A DNA stretch of 32,000 nt from Candidatus Saccharimonadota bacterium (GCA_001029695.1 CP011211.1:480001-512000); one strand, 5' to 3'. Numbered from the stretch's first letter, positions 1-8,307 are shown. The notes: generated from the letters alone by a model not told the origin. Made by a program: numbers and translations.

Positions 1-819
1 AGCAGTAGCAATGGATTTACCTGCCGCCTCTTTATAGCCATACCCTTCGAGGAGGTAACTACGATACTTGCTGATAATAAACAGTGAGTAGTCTATGCCA
101 ACAGCGAGCCCAAGCATCACTGCAAGCACTGGTGTTGTTGCGCTAATATCAATTACTTGACCGAGTGAGAACAATCCTGCCATGCTTACACCCACAGCAA
201 CAAGCGCCGTTACGATTGGCATACCAGCAGACAGCAAGGATCCGAGTGTCATCGCAAGTACGAGCAGCGCGAGAAGCACACCAGCCGCCTCACCAATACC
301 TAAAATCTCTCCAGGTGCTTTATTGATGATATCTCCACCGACTTCAACCGTGAGGTTATTTGCGCGAGCCGACGAAACCAGTTTTTCGATCGCTTCCGTC
401 GTTTCAGTTGGCACCGATCCGTTTTCATTTTTCAGTTGTACCTGTACATACGCAATTGTCTTATCTTCCGAAATCGCTGATGCGTTCTCAAATGGACTAA
501 TCGCTGCCGACACGCCATCAACTTTTTTCACTTCATCTGCAAGTGATGTTATTTGTGGCGTAAAATCTGCGACAGTTTTACCTTCTGGACTAGCGACAAC
601 TATTCGACCAGAGCCTTTTCCAGCGTCGGGGAATAACTCCGCCATGCGATCGATAGCTTTTTGCGCTTGAGTACCAGGAATACTAATCGCATTGCTTGTT
701 GGCTTCATATTCATAGCAGCAAGTGAACCGAGTAGTGCCATAACTACCACCCATATCGACACGACCTGCCACTTATGCGTAAACGCATAATTCCCTAGTT
801 TATGTAAAAAGTTTCCCAT
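1..819 (-). CDS. MMPL/RND-superfamily membrane transporter, N-terminal 273 codons (gene runs off the left edge)
   Basis: Absent from the ORF track because it is open to position 1. My translation from ATG 819-817: MGNFLHKLGNYAFTHKWQVVSIWVVVMALLGSLAAMNMKP..., giving TM1, a soluble loop, then a TM cluster with GLAVGIDYSLFIISKYR (the GxDYxxF motif typical of MMPL domains). The ATG lies 1 nt after the ArsR stop, so the two are probably co-transcribed. Confidence 0.75.
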   Translation of the reverse strand, partial: MGNFLHKLGNYAFTHKWQVVSIWVVVMALLGSLAAMNMKPTSNAISIPGTQAQKAIDRMAELFPDAGKGSGRIVVASPEGKTVADFTPQITSLADEVKKVDGVSAAISPFENASAISEDKTIAYVQVQLKNENGSVPTETTEAIEKLVSSARANNLTVEVGGDIINKAPGEILGIGEAAGVLLALLVLAMTLGSLLSAGMPIVTALVAVGVSMAGLFSLGQVIDISATTPVLAVMLGLAVGIDYSLFIISKYRSYLLEGYGYKEAAGKSIATA

Positions 820-820
820 C

Positions 821-1162
821 TTACTGCTCCTCGCATTGTTTTTTATCTATATACTGTTCGAACTGCTCCACCTGATCTACCAGCTCTCTCATTGGCTCGA
901 CGTAGCGCTTGAAAGTTGGGTGATAATACCGCTTCGTGCCATCACGCTCCTCAACGATAAGCTCCGCCTCACGCAGTATCTTTATATGGTGCGACACTGC
1001 TGGACGCGAAAGTTTTGTTAAGTGAGTCAAGTCGCCAACACTCAATCGCACTTCGCGAGCAAGCAAAAGTAATATACCCTGTCTCGTCTCGTCACCGAGT
1101 GCATTAAATAATGGCCTAGTTCGCTCAAACACTTCTTTGTCTGGACAGTTTATTGTCGTCAT
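821..1162 (-). CDS. ArsR/SmtB-family winged-helix transcriptional regulator
   Basis: 113 aa. Typical ArsR HTH core LSVGDLTHLTKLSRPAVSHHIKILREAELI. Sits directly upstream of the MMPL gene. Confidence 0.85.
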   Translation of the reverse strand: MTTINCPDKEVFERTRPLFNALGDETRQGILLLLAREVRLSVGDLTHLTKLSRPAVSHHIKILREAELIVEERDGTKRYYHPTFKRYVEPMRELVDQVEQFEQYIDKKQCEEQ

Positions 1163-1168
1163 AATTCT

Positions 1169-1201
1169 ATACTACTCCTTTGGTTTAAAAATTTCAACCA
1201 A
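1169..1201 (-). promoter_or_regulatory. arsR promoter (TTGAAA-17-TAGTAT) overlapped by an imperfect palindrome, the candidate ArsR operator
   Basis: Minus strand reads TTGG-TTGAAA-TTTTTAAACCAAAGGAG-TAGTAT-AGAATT-ATG. The 22-nt palindrome TTGGTTTAAAAATTTCAACCAA (1180-1201, 9 of 11 positions symmetric) covers the -35 box and spacer. The -10 box is 6 nt from the ATG. Confidence 0.45.
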
Positions 1202-1252
1202 TAACTCAATTTCACTAAAAATTGCTATACTAGAAAGATACAAGGAGCTACT

Positions 1253-1642
1253 ATGACGAATCAACTTACAAATTACATTCCAGGTGTATGCAACATCAAT
1301 CCCGTCGAAATCCGACGTCGCCGACAAGCAGGTCATATCGGCCTCGTGCTATCAGTTGTCGTTATTGTCGGGCTCATTGCACTCCACGCCCCATGGTACC
1401 TTCGTCTCGTTGCCTTTTTACCGCTCTTCCTATCAGCAACCGGCTATCTACAGGCTCGTCATAAATTCTGCGTCGGGTACGCTAGCGCAGGCATGCAACA
1501 CGCCGACGATGACAGCGCCGCTCTAAAGATTGACGACGCCTCAATGCGAAAAGCAGACACTCTAAAGGCACGTATGATCAATCTGCAGGCTTTTCTTATC
1601 GCAGCCGTCATCACCGGACTGATTGCACTACTCCCACTATAG
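1253..1642 (+). CDS. hypothetical small membrane protein (3 predicted TM segments), divergent from arsR
   Basis: 129-aa ORF. Upstream extended -10 TGCTATACT (1223-1231) and SD AAGGAG 6 nt before the ATG. Hydrophobic segments LVLSVVVIVGLIAL, LVAFLPLFLSATGYL and AFLIAAVITGLIALLPL. No family recognised. Confidence 0.6.
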   Translation: MTNQLTNYIPGVCNINPVEIRRRRQAGHIGLVLSVVVIVGLIALHAPWYLRLVAFLPLFLSATGYLQARHKFCVGYASAGMQHADDDSAALKIDDASMRKADTLKARMINLQAFLIAAVITGLIALLPL

Positions 1643-1655
1643 ACACACGAGGCGA

Positions 1656-2132
1656 CTACAGCCCGCGAGACATCAGCGAGTGAGTGATCGCTGCAGCCAA
1701 CGCATCGGCGCAATCATCAGGCTTAGGCACTTCTTTTAGTCCGAGTTGCATTCGTACCATTTCCTGTACCTGTTTTTTATCTGCTTTGCCGTATCCAGTG
1801 AGTGTCTGCTTTATTTGCATAGGGGTGTATTCGGAAATCGGCAACCTACCTTTACGCCCGGCAAGCATTGCCACACCACGAGCATGCGACACGCTCATCG
1901 CTGTAGTGACATTCTGTCCAAAAAACAATTTCTCAATCGACATCACGTCCGGTTTAGTTTCTTCGATTATCTCAGTAAGGCCATCGTAGATATCTTCGAG
2001 ACGGATATCAAGTGGAGTATGGGCAGGCGTCGTGATTACCCCCGCAGTCACCATCTTTGCTTTTCCAGCGACGACATCTACCACGCCAAAACCCAAAATA
2101 CCCGTACCTGGATCGATGCCAATAATTCTCAT
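1656..2132 (-). CDS. ruvC: crossover junction endodeoxyribonuclease RuvC
   Basis: 158 aa. N-terminus MRIIGIDPGTGILGFGVV and C-terminal DDCADALAAAITH match the RuvC catalytic Asp motifs and fold pattern. Confidence 0.9.
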   Translation of the reverse strand: MRIIGIDPGTGILGFGVVDVVAGKAKMVTAGVITTPAHTPLDIRLEDIYDGLTEIIEETKPDVMSIEKLFFGQNVTTAMSVSHARGVAMLAGRKGRLPISEYTPMQIKQTLTGYGKADKKQVQEMVRMQLGLKEVPKPDDCADALAAAITHSLMSRGL

Positions 2133-2146
2133 TTCTCTAGTATACG

Positions 2147-3892
2147 TTATTTACGACCAGGCAAGATAGTAGCCATAGCCTTTCGGAGCATCGCTCGCAC
2201 CTCCTGCCTCCACTCCCATGCAGCATATCCAAACGCCAGAAGCAGGACACCTCCAAGCGCCCACCATCCGACAAATGACGTAACCCCTTGCTTGATCGGC
2301 TCAACTGCAAAAGCAGCCGCTGGTACTGCCCTCAAGACGGCATTACGACAGCGATTTGTCGCTGGATTACGCTCGCGACCTTCCCCACAATCAGCCAGAC
2401 TTGCGTCATCAGCACTGGCGATTTTCTTGCAACGATTTGTTGCTGGATTCCTAAACTGATCATCAGCACAGATTTTTAATGCTGATACCACCGATGCAAG
2501 TGAACGACATCTATTCGTCTCCTCACTTCTATATTGCCCTTCTTTACACGGACTTAGCCCACCTACAGTCGCAATGGACCGACATCTGTTTGTTTCTTCG
2601 CTGCGATACTGATCTTCACGACAAGGCTTCAGTGTACTCACCACACTGGCACTCCCCATGCCGGGATCAATAGGTGCGAATGTGTTGTCTCCGTCAGGAG
2701 AGGGCACGGCCCACTTCCACGATCCGTCACTTGCATCATACGCCCAAGATCGCCCACTATTCGCCACAGTATCTCCTTTTTCATATGGCGTAGCGTTTGA
2801 TGGATAATCAACCACTCCATACTCATCTTGCAACCATGCCGTACCTGCACTATTTGGCAACGTTACCCTCACTCCATCTTGATTGTGTGAAATAATCGCA
2901 TAGCCTCTCGCAGGGACGATTCCAGCGATTTGTATGCCTGCACTTGTTGATGTTACTTGGCCTGCTTTGAGTCGATAAGCCCCGAGGTTTATAGCAGTAT
3001 CTGTTGGATTATACACTTTTACATAATCAAAACACTGCTGACGAAGATCACCCGCAGTACATGGCTGAGGGTTTGTGTGTAACTCGACAATTCGTAATTC
3101 TATATCCGCACGAGGCTCATACAAACTACTCGTCAGAAATACTCTACTTGTTACTTTTTTAAAATCTACCGCAAAGACACCCGTCCGACGACTTGACGTA
3201 GTGCCTTGTCGCTCATACACACCCTCTTCATTCATCGATTGTATCCGCTCGACAAGTTGCGAACCGTGAAAGACTTCGACAATCACCGATGTCGCGCTCA
3301 CAAGATTTCCACAACCCCTTATAGGATACACGCCCGCATCGGCGGTATACTCACTTGCGAACGTCACCGAATAACCAGGCAGTATGTAGCCCTTCATTGG
3401 AATATTACAGATATCCTCACTATCGTTATCCAGCTGAGACACTCTTATAGTCCAACTATCTACATTAATTGCTCTCGTTGCTGTATTTTTCAGCTCAAGT
3501 GCATCAATGGTATTTTTCGACCCAAACTTTATTGCTGTTATAAGCAAGTCATCTGTGGCTGGAATCGCTACTTGCGTTTTAATAGGATCAGACACAGCTT
3601 GGGTAGCTGAAAAAGGCGCAGACTCGGAGACTTGTTCTGCTTGCGACGTAGTTGAATCCTTAGGAGTGGAGTCGACGCTCTCAGTAGTTCGAGCCTCCTC
3701 ATTGTTAGCCTTATCATCTACTATAGGCGTGGGCTGCGGCTCTGCAATGATCGGCTCAGGTGATGGCGCGACACTAGGAGCATTCAGCAATGGAGCTTCA
3801 ACCAAAAGTGTTTCGTCACTGGCAAACACAGACATAGGCACAAGCGAACAGAGGAGTATCACAATAGCCATGTACTGCATTATCCGTCGCAT
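2147..3892 (-). CDS. secreted, membrane-anchored protein with two lamin-tail-like (LTD) domains and a C-terminal Cys/Arg repeat array
   Basis: 581 aa. Signal peptide MQYMAIVILLCSLVPMSVFA, then a P/S/T-rich linker. Two LTD-like segments (LLITAIKFG...ALELKNTATRAINVDSWTIRV and LRIVELHTNP...DYVKVYNPTDTAINLGAYRL). Four Cys-bounded repeats, then a C-terminal TM (WWALGGVLLLAFGYAAW). SD AAGGA upstream. Confidence 0.7.
   Translation of the reverse strand: MRRIMQYMAIVILLCSLVPMSVFASDETLLVEAPLLNAPSVAPSPEPIIAEPQPTPIVDDKANNEEARTTESVDSTPKDSTTSQAEQVSESAPFSATQAVSDPIKTQVAIPATDDLLITAIKFGSKNTIDALELKNTATRAINVDSWTIRVSQLDNDSEDICNIPMKGYILPGYSVTFASEYTADAGVYPIRGCGNLVSATSVIVEVFHGSQLVERIQSMNEEGVYERQGTTSSRRTGVFAVDFKKVTSRVFLTSSLYEPRADIELRIVELHTNPQPCTAGDLRQQCFDYVKVYNPTDTAINLGAYRLKAGQVTSTSAGIQIAGIVPARGYAIISHNQDGVRVTLPNSAGTAWLQDEYGVVDYPSNATPYEKGDTVANSGRSWAYDASDGSWKWAVPSPDGDNTFAPIDPGMGSASVVSTLKPCREDQYRSEETNRCRSIATVGGLSPCKEGQYRSEETNRCRSLASVVSALKICADDQFRNPATNRCKKIASADDASLADCGEGRERNPATNRCRNAVLRAVPAAAFAVEPIKQGVTSFVGWWALGGVLLLAFGYAAWEWRQEVRAMLRKAMATILPGRK
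2345..2623 (-). repeat. four tandem coding repeats of a C-x3-[QR]-[YFE]-R-x3-T-N-R-C-[RK] module
   Basis: Residues 424-516 of the 581-aa protein: CREDQYRSEETNRCRS, CKEGQYRSEETNRCRS, CADDQFRNPATNRCKK, CGEGRERNPATNRCRN. In each copy the two Cys are 13 residues apart. Copies are separated by short S/A/V linkers. Confidence 0.75.
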
Positions 3893-3925
3893 AGCCCATC
3901 CTTTATGCTTACGTTTTATGTCTTA

Positions 3926-3955
3926 TTTATAGCAAGCTGAAACTTGACTTGTCAA
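3926..3955 (-). promoter_or_regulatory. sigma70-type promoter of the LTD-protein/ruvC unit (TTGACA-18-TATAAA)
   Basis: Minus strand: TTGACA agtcaagtttcagcttgc TATAAA, about 30 nt upstream of SD AAGGA and ATG 3892. It lies immediately after the yebC terminator. Confidence 0.5.
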
Positions 3956-3960
3956 CACGC

Positions 3961-3990
3961 AAAAACACCCCCTTAACTTAGAAGGGGGTG
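3961..3990 (-). terminator. intrinsic terminator downstream of yebC
   Basis: Minus strand: CACCCCCTT-ctaagtt-AAGGGGGTG (9-bp GC-rich stem) followed by TTTTT. Confidence 0.7.
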
Positions 3991-4011
3991 TGGTGTTTAT
4001 CATATAGAGCC

Positions 4012-4734
4012 CTACTCTAGTTCAACAGTGACATCTGCATTCGTGTGAACATTCACTACATCATCCAAATCATCGAGTGCATCAAGTACTTTTAAAAGTT
4101 TTGATGCAGTCTCACTGTCGTCAATCTCAATCTGTCCATTCGCTACATACTGAAGTTCAGCACCCTTTACTTCAAGACCCGCTTCGATGATAGCTGTTCG
4201 CACCTTTGCAAGTTCTTTCTGGTCGGTATAAACGATAATCTCACCATCCTCTTCCACAGCATCTTCCGCCCCCGCATCAAGCACTGTCAGGAGAGCATCT
4301 TCACCGGTTGCCGCAACTTCGATCACACCCTTTCGCGTAAACTGAAACATCACACTACCGGCGTCTGCAATTCGCCCACCATTTTTGGTAAGCGCATTAC
4401 GCACTTCAGGGAATGTTCGGTTTTTGTTGTCAGTTGCCGTCTCGATAATAATACCGATACCGCCAGGCCCCATACCCTCATATGAAATCTCTTCTAGTAC
4501 TGCAGCATTTTTATCACTGACACGATCAATTGCGCGTTGGATGTTATTATTTGGCATGTTTGCTTGTTTTGCTTTTTCGATCGCAAGTGCGAGTGCCGAA
4601 TTCATTGTTGGGTCAACCCCGCCACGGGCAGCAATAGCAATTTGGTTACCGATCTTTGTAAAAACCGCACCTCGTTTTGCATCTTTTGCGCCTTTTTCAC
4701 GCTTAATTGTCGACCATTTGCTGTGTCCTGACAT
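4012..4734 (-). CDS. yebC: YebC/PmpR-family DNA-binding regulatory protein
   Basis: 240 aa. Hallmark N-terminus MSGHSKWSTIKREKGAKDAKRGAVFTKI and conservation along the whole length. Confidence 0.9.
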   Translation of the reverse strand: MSGHSKWSTIKREKGAKDAKRGAVFTKIGNQIAIAARGGVDPTMNSALALAIEKAKQANMPNNNIQRAIDRVSDKNAAVLEEISYEGMGPGGIGIIIETATDNKNRTFPEVRNALTKNGGRIADAGSVMFQFTRKGVIEVAATGEDALLTVLDAGAEDAVEEDGEIIVYTDQKELAKVRTAIIEAGLEVKGAELQYVANGQIEIDDSETASKLLKVLDALDDLDDVVNVHTNADVTVELE

Positions 4735-4771
4735 AGTATTCTCCGCTAGATTTTATAGTGTAATTAGTCTT

Positions 4772-4780
4772 ATTATATCA
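4772..4780 (-). promoter_or_regulatory. extended -10 promoter element TGATATAAT for yebC
   Basis: Minus strand TGATATAAT sits 10 nt after the comEC stop, followed by a ~38-nt leader with SD GGAG before ATG 4734. Confidence 0.45.
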
Positions 4781-4789
4781 GATACCCGC

Positions 4790-6247
4790 CTACTCGACGA
4801 TGTTGCTCTCGCGCAAGCTATATTTCGTCACTCGCCACATGTAGATGCAAGAGATGACAATAACACTGTAACCAACCACCGCTTGCCATGGTTCAATCAT
4901 AACTTCAGACAGCGCCCATGGTAACTTGGCTAAATAATCCGCAACTGCGATCATATACTGGAGTAGCCAGTTCGCTGGTAGTCCAATTATACTGGCAAAA
5001 CTAGGAAAAATCATAGCGCCAACACCCGAAAGAAATGTCAATAGCATCGCGAGCGGCACAAGAGGTAACACGAGCGCATTTGCAAGAACAGCCACCGTAC
5101 TAAACTGACTAAACGCAAGTACTAGAATCGGCAAAGTTGCGATCTGCGCCGCTATCGTCTCCCCTAAGATCTGACGAACCGTACCGGGCTTTTTGTCACC
5201 AAAGAAATATGCCTGGCCGAGAGGCGCAAGGATCATTACACCTGCAAATGCAGTAAAGCTTAATTGCCATCCTAGATCTCCCCAGGCAAAACTTGGATCG
5301 ATGAGCACCGTGACTGCGGCCGCAAATGGCAACAACACGAGTGGGTGAAATTGACGCCCGTAGTACCATGCGAGTAATGACAACCCAGCAACCAAACCTG
5401 CTCGAGACATACTCGGACTAGCACCAGTTATAAGCACGAAACTTCCGATCATGCCGCTCGCCGCAAAAGCCGCCAAATACTTTGATACTCGCACAAACAG
5501 ACGGCGCGCTAGTCGTACTAAAATTGTTAGATTATAGCCGCTCGCAACCACTACATGCGTCAATCCCGCAATCTGTAGTGCCTCATCAAGCTCTGGCGGT
5601 AGCGCACGACGCTGCCCTACTAGATAGCCAATACCCAATGCCGCCTGCGGGTCAGGAATTGCTCGTCGAACCGTGTCTGCAAACCAATCCCGAACCTGCC
5701 TTGCGATGTCACCAGGCTCAGGTCGCTGTACTGTCAGTAGCTTTGCCCGGTAGATTGCAGATGAAAAACTACCAAACCCTTCACTCATTTTCCCATCTAC
5801 TACAACACGGTCGCCACGCTTAATCTCTGCATCCGTCATAATGCTCACCCAAGACTTGCCAGCGATTACATGACCACCGACCTCCAGGTTAGATAAGCGC
5901 AGCACTAGCTCACCTCGCCTCCCAGTATCTGCATCTTCACTTACTAGACCCGTCATCGTCACCGCCGAACCGTACAGTTTTTCATACACAACAAGCTGTG
6001 ACTGTAATACCGAACCACGCCACAATCCGAGAAGCAATCCGCCAACAATGACTAGTAATATAAGATACAAAGAACGACGCCACAGCGCAGTACCAATCAT
6101 AGCCAAACTAGTAAAAAGCCATACATAAGGGGCGAACAACGTCTGATCGACGTATCTCGCCATCACGACACCCACAAGGACACAGACACTCGCAATCGCG
6201 ATTAGCCAAGACGTATGAAGCTTCCTTCGTAGCATCCACCACTGCAT
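4790..6247 (-). CDS. comEC: ComEC/Rec2-family DNA internalisation channel, short form without the C-terminal metallo-beta-lactamase domain
   Basis: 485 aa. N-terminal TMs plus an OB-like soluble insert (VTMTGLVSEDAD...GHVIAGKSWVSI...GDRVVVDGKM), then the polytopic competence domain (GLTHVVVASGYNLTILV, GASPSMSRAG). The protein ends right after the last TM. Confidence 0.8.
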   Translation of the reverse strand: MQWWMLRRKLHTSWLIAIASVCVLVGVVMARYVDQTLFAPYVWLFTSLAMIGTALWRRSLYLILLVIVGGLLLGLWRGSVLQSQLVVYEKLYGSAVTMTGLVSEDADTGRRGELVLRLSNLEVGGHVIAGKSWVSIMTDAEIKRGDRVVVDGKMSEGFGSFSSAIYRAKLLTVQRPEPGDIARQVRDWFADTVRRAIPDPQAALGIGYLVGQRRALPPELDEALQIAGLTHVVVASGYNLTILVRLARRLFVRVSKYLAAFAASGMIGSFVLITGASPSMSRAGLVAGLSLLAWYYGRQFHPLVLLPFAAAVTVLIDPSFAWGDLGWQLSFTAFAGVMILAPLGQAYFFGDKKPGTVRQILGETIAAQIATLPILVLAFSQFSTVAVLANALVLPLVPLAMLLTFLSGVGAMIFPSFASIIGLPANWLLQYMIAVADYLAKLPWALSEVMIEPWQAVVGYSVIVISCIYMWRVTKYSLRESNIVE

Positions 6248-6287
6248 ATAGTCAGCATACTACACCTCGTCGAAATCAAAAATATCG

Positions 6288-6293
6288 TATACT
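6288..6293 (+). promoter_or_regulatory. -10 box TATACT placed 6 nt before the pgl ATG (possible leaderless start)
   Basis: cgTATACTatcactATG. No SD is possible in the 6-nt gap, and no good -35 box was seen. Confidence 0.35.
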
Positions 6294-6299
6294 ATCACT

Positions 6300-7013
6300 A
6301 TGAACTCTCTTCAAATCTTTGAAAATAAACAGGACTTAGCAAACGAAGCAGCCAAGCGCGCCGTCGACATACTGCAAGAAGCCACCCTTCAGTATGGCTC
6401 GGCAACATGGGTACTTGCTGGCGGTACAACCCCAGAGCTAGCCTACAAAGTTATCGCTACTACCTACCTGGACAGTCTCGACTGGTCAAAAGTAATGTTC
6501 GTCATGGGAGATGAACGAATCGCACCACTTACATCTCCAGACAACAACTGGCATGCTGCAGAAGCCGCTCTTCTCCGTCATATTCCCGGCGCAACTTTTC
6601 TACGTCCAATAAGCGACCAGTCCGCCGAAGTAGCTCGTGACGATTACATTATGCAACTAGAGTCACTTCCAAAAAATGCATCTGGCCAACCGCGGCTGGA
6701 CCTCGTATGGCTCGGTGTTGGCGAAGACGGACACACTCTCTCGTTATTTCCGGGCCATCCTGACTTTACTCAGACAGACCGTCTCGTTGCTGCCATTCAT
6801 AACTCGCCTAAGCCACCATCAAACCGTATATCACTGACACTTCACGCACTTATAGGTGCTGAACATTGTGATATTCTCGCTGCCGGCGAAAGCAAGGCAG
6901 ACGCTATTAGCCACGCACTACAACCAGACAATCTCTTGCCTATTGCCCAAGCGGCACGTGCTACATCCGCCAGCTGGCTTATCGATACTGCTGCAGCAAG
7001 TCGTCTTACGTAG
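6300..7013 (+). CDS. pgl: 6-phosphogluconolactonase
   Basis: 237 aa. Motifs LAGGTTP, MGDERIAP and GVGEDGHTLSLFPGHP are typical of the Pgl/NagB fold, and the length fits Pgl. Confidence 0.85.
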   Translation: MNSLQIFENKQDLANEAAKRAVDILQEATLQYGSATWVLAGGTTPELAYKVIATTYLDSLDWSKVMFVMGDERIAPLTSPDNNWHAAEAALLRHIPGATFLRPISDQSAEVARDDYIMQLESLPKNASGQPRLDLVWLGVGEDGHTLSLFPGHPDFTQTDRLVAAIHNSPKPPSNRISLTLHALIGAEHCDILAAGESKADAISHALQPDNLLPIAQAARATSASWLIDTAAASRLT

Positions 7014-7554
7014 ACGGATACGCTTTTTTGATATATTTTAAAATATCCATAAAATCTTGCTTCGTCTGGAAATGCTTCCCCATCGGCACCTTGATGCGCT
7101 CTGCGCCAAGATGAAGCACAATATAGGCAAACTCAGACTGAGGAATGTATGGATCGTTATCGCCCCATACGACTGCCATCTTTTTCTGGTTTGCTTTTAT
7201 ATCATTCCATAGCCACTTCTCGTCAAAATACCCACTTGCTTTTTCAGTCTCGTCTCCAAGATCCGTATAGCTCGGTGATATCAAAATCGATCCTTTGATC
7301 TTTGTTGTTTCTGCGTAGCGCATCGCTGCGACAGCCCCTGAGGAGTAGCCGATAATCACATCGTCTTCACCAATCTTAAGCTCATTTTTCATGTATGGCA
7401 GCCAGTACTTAGCACGCGCCGCGGCTGGATCGGGCATTGTTTCAAATACCGTCTCAAATCCGAGCTTCTCGATTTCACGCTTAAGCCATTCCGCCCATGC
7501 CGAGCGCCAGTCGTCGCCACCGTTGCCATGTATGTAAATAAATCGAGGTTTCAT
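7006..7554 (-). CDS. alpha/beta serine hydrolase, YdeN/RBBP9-like
   Basis: 182 aa. IYIHGNGGDDW, nucleophile elbow GYSSG, late DNDPYIP and a conserved His region. The stop overlaps the pgl stop by 8 nt (convergent). Confidence 0.75.
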   Translation of the reverse strand: MKPRFIYIHGNGGDDWRSAWAEWLKREIEKLGFETVFETMPDPAAARAKYWLPYMKNELKIGEDDVIIGYSSGAVAAMRYAETTKIKGSILISPSYTDLGDETEKASGYFDEKWLWNDIKANQKKMAVVWGDNDPYIPQSEFAYIVLHLGAERIKVPMGKHFQTKQDFMDILKYIKKAYPST

Positions 7555-7560
7555 CTTGTC

Positions 7561-7569
7561 ATAGTAGCA
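7561..7569 (-). promoter_or_regulatory. extended -10 element TGCTACTAT placed 6 nt before the hydrolase ATG
   Basis: Minus strand: gTGCTACTAT-GACAAG-ATG. It lies directly after the tRNA terminator hairpin. Confidence 0.35.
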
Positions 7570-7596
7570 CGTTCAACAACTTCGCATTTATTTTCC

Positions 7597-7645
7597 CCAA
7601 GAAAAAACGTCGACCGGTAGCGAAAATGTCGACGTTTTTTCTTGG
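7597..7645 (-). terminator. 18-bp perfect inverted repeat / intrinsic terminator after tRNA-Lys
   Basis: CCAAGAAAAAACGTCGAC-13 nt-GTCGACGTTTTTTCTTGG. On the minus strand a GC core stem is followed by TTTTTT. The right arm overlaps the encoded CCA end of the tRNA by 3 nt. Confidence 0.65.
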
Positions 7646-7719
7646 AGGGACCACTGGGGCTTGAACCCAGGACACCCTGCTTAAAAGGCAGGTGCTCTAA
7701 CCAGCTGAGCTATGGTCCC
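7643..7719 (-). tRNA. tRNA-Lys (anticodon UUU), CCA encoded
   Basis: Reverse complement folds as a cloverleaf: GGGACCA-TA-GCTC-AGCTGGTTA-GAGC-A-CCTGC-CTTTTAA-GCAGG-GTGTC-CTGGG-TTCAAGC-CCCAG-TGGTCCC-T-CCA (77 nt). Confidence 0.95.
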
Positions 7720-7822
7720 ATAAATATTACTGTGTGTAATGTACTAGCCGGATGGCTTGGTCAACGACAAATAGCCGTAAACTCCTACTAATCTAGCACC
7801 TCCAGGGGTCACCTGTCAATAT

Positions 7823-8302
7823 CTAGTGCTTCTCTTTGCTAATTTTAGGAGTCTTTACAAACAAAAGATCAGCAAGGGCGAGTAAAATACCTGCCGTGAT
7901 AATCCACACTCGATACTCTACCAAAATATCAAACAACCTCTTGCCATCACCTTCAAGGACAAGCGCGCCACCAAGTGGCTCAAGCATAAATGCGAGCGCA
8001 AGGAGCGAAAATACCAGTGCCCCAATTGCCCGCTGCAACTTACTACTATAGGTTGGTCCACTAAAAAGCAGCACTACTGCAGGAAGCAAGATGATAGCAG
8101 CAGCAACGACACTACTCAGAGGCGGCGCAACCAACTCCACCCCCGCTTGCTGCACGATAGGCACCACGTCAGGCGTCCACAAACCACTAAGAGTCGCCCC
8201 TGCAGTCAACGCAAGACCGAGTACACCAAATCGACGCTTGGTAAAAAAGGTCAACGCAAATAGTACAGTGAGTAAAATCAACAAAACAATGGCAACATTC
8301 AT
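7823..8302 (-). CDS. hypothetical integral membrane protein (about 4 TM)
   Basis: 159-aa ORF, strongly hydrophobic. Starts 5 nt after the DUF192 gene stop. No family recognised. Confidence 0.6.
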   Translation of the reverse strand: MNVAIVLLILLTVLFALTFFTKRRFGVLGLALTAGATLSGLWTPDVVPIVQQAGVELVAPPLSSVVAAAIILLPAVVLLFSGPTYSSKLQRAIGALVFSLLALAFMLEPLGGALVLEGDGKRLFDILVEYRVWIITAGILLALADLLFVKTPKISKEKH

Positions 8303-8307
8303 GCTAT

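Noticed and set aside
182-670. 162-aa plus-strand ORF from the track
   Set aside because: It lies antisense to the much better supported MMPL reading frame (1-819, minus strand). Its S/T/A/P-rich low-complexity translation is typical of a shadow ORF.
1746-2459. 237-aa plus-strand ORF spanning the ruvC / LTD-protein junction
   Set aside because: It is antisense to two confidently called genes, its composition is rich in S, R and H, and no start context is present. Shadow ORF.
7006-7013. 8-nt overlap of the convergent pgl and hydrolase 3' ends as a regulatory feature
   Set aside because: Short convergent overlaps are common in compact genomes. There is no hairpin or other signal here suggesting anything beyond tight packing.
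7643-7719. tRNA-Lys as an integration site for a genomic island
   Set aside because: There is no integrase, recombinase or phage-like gene on either side, and I did not notice a direct repeat of the tRNA 3' end elsewhere in the window. The flanking genes look like ordinary housekeeping genes.
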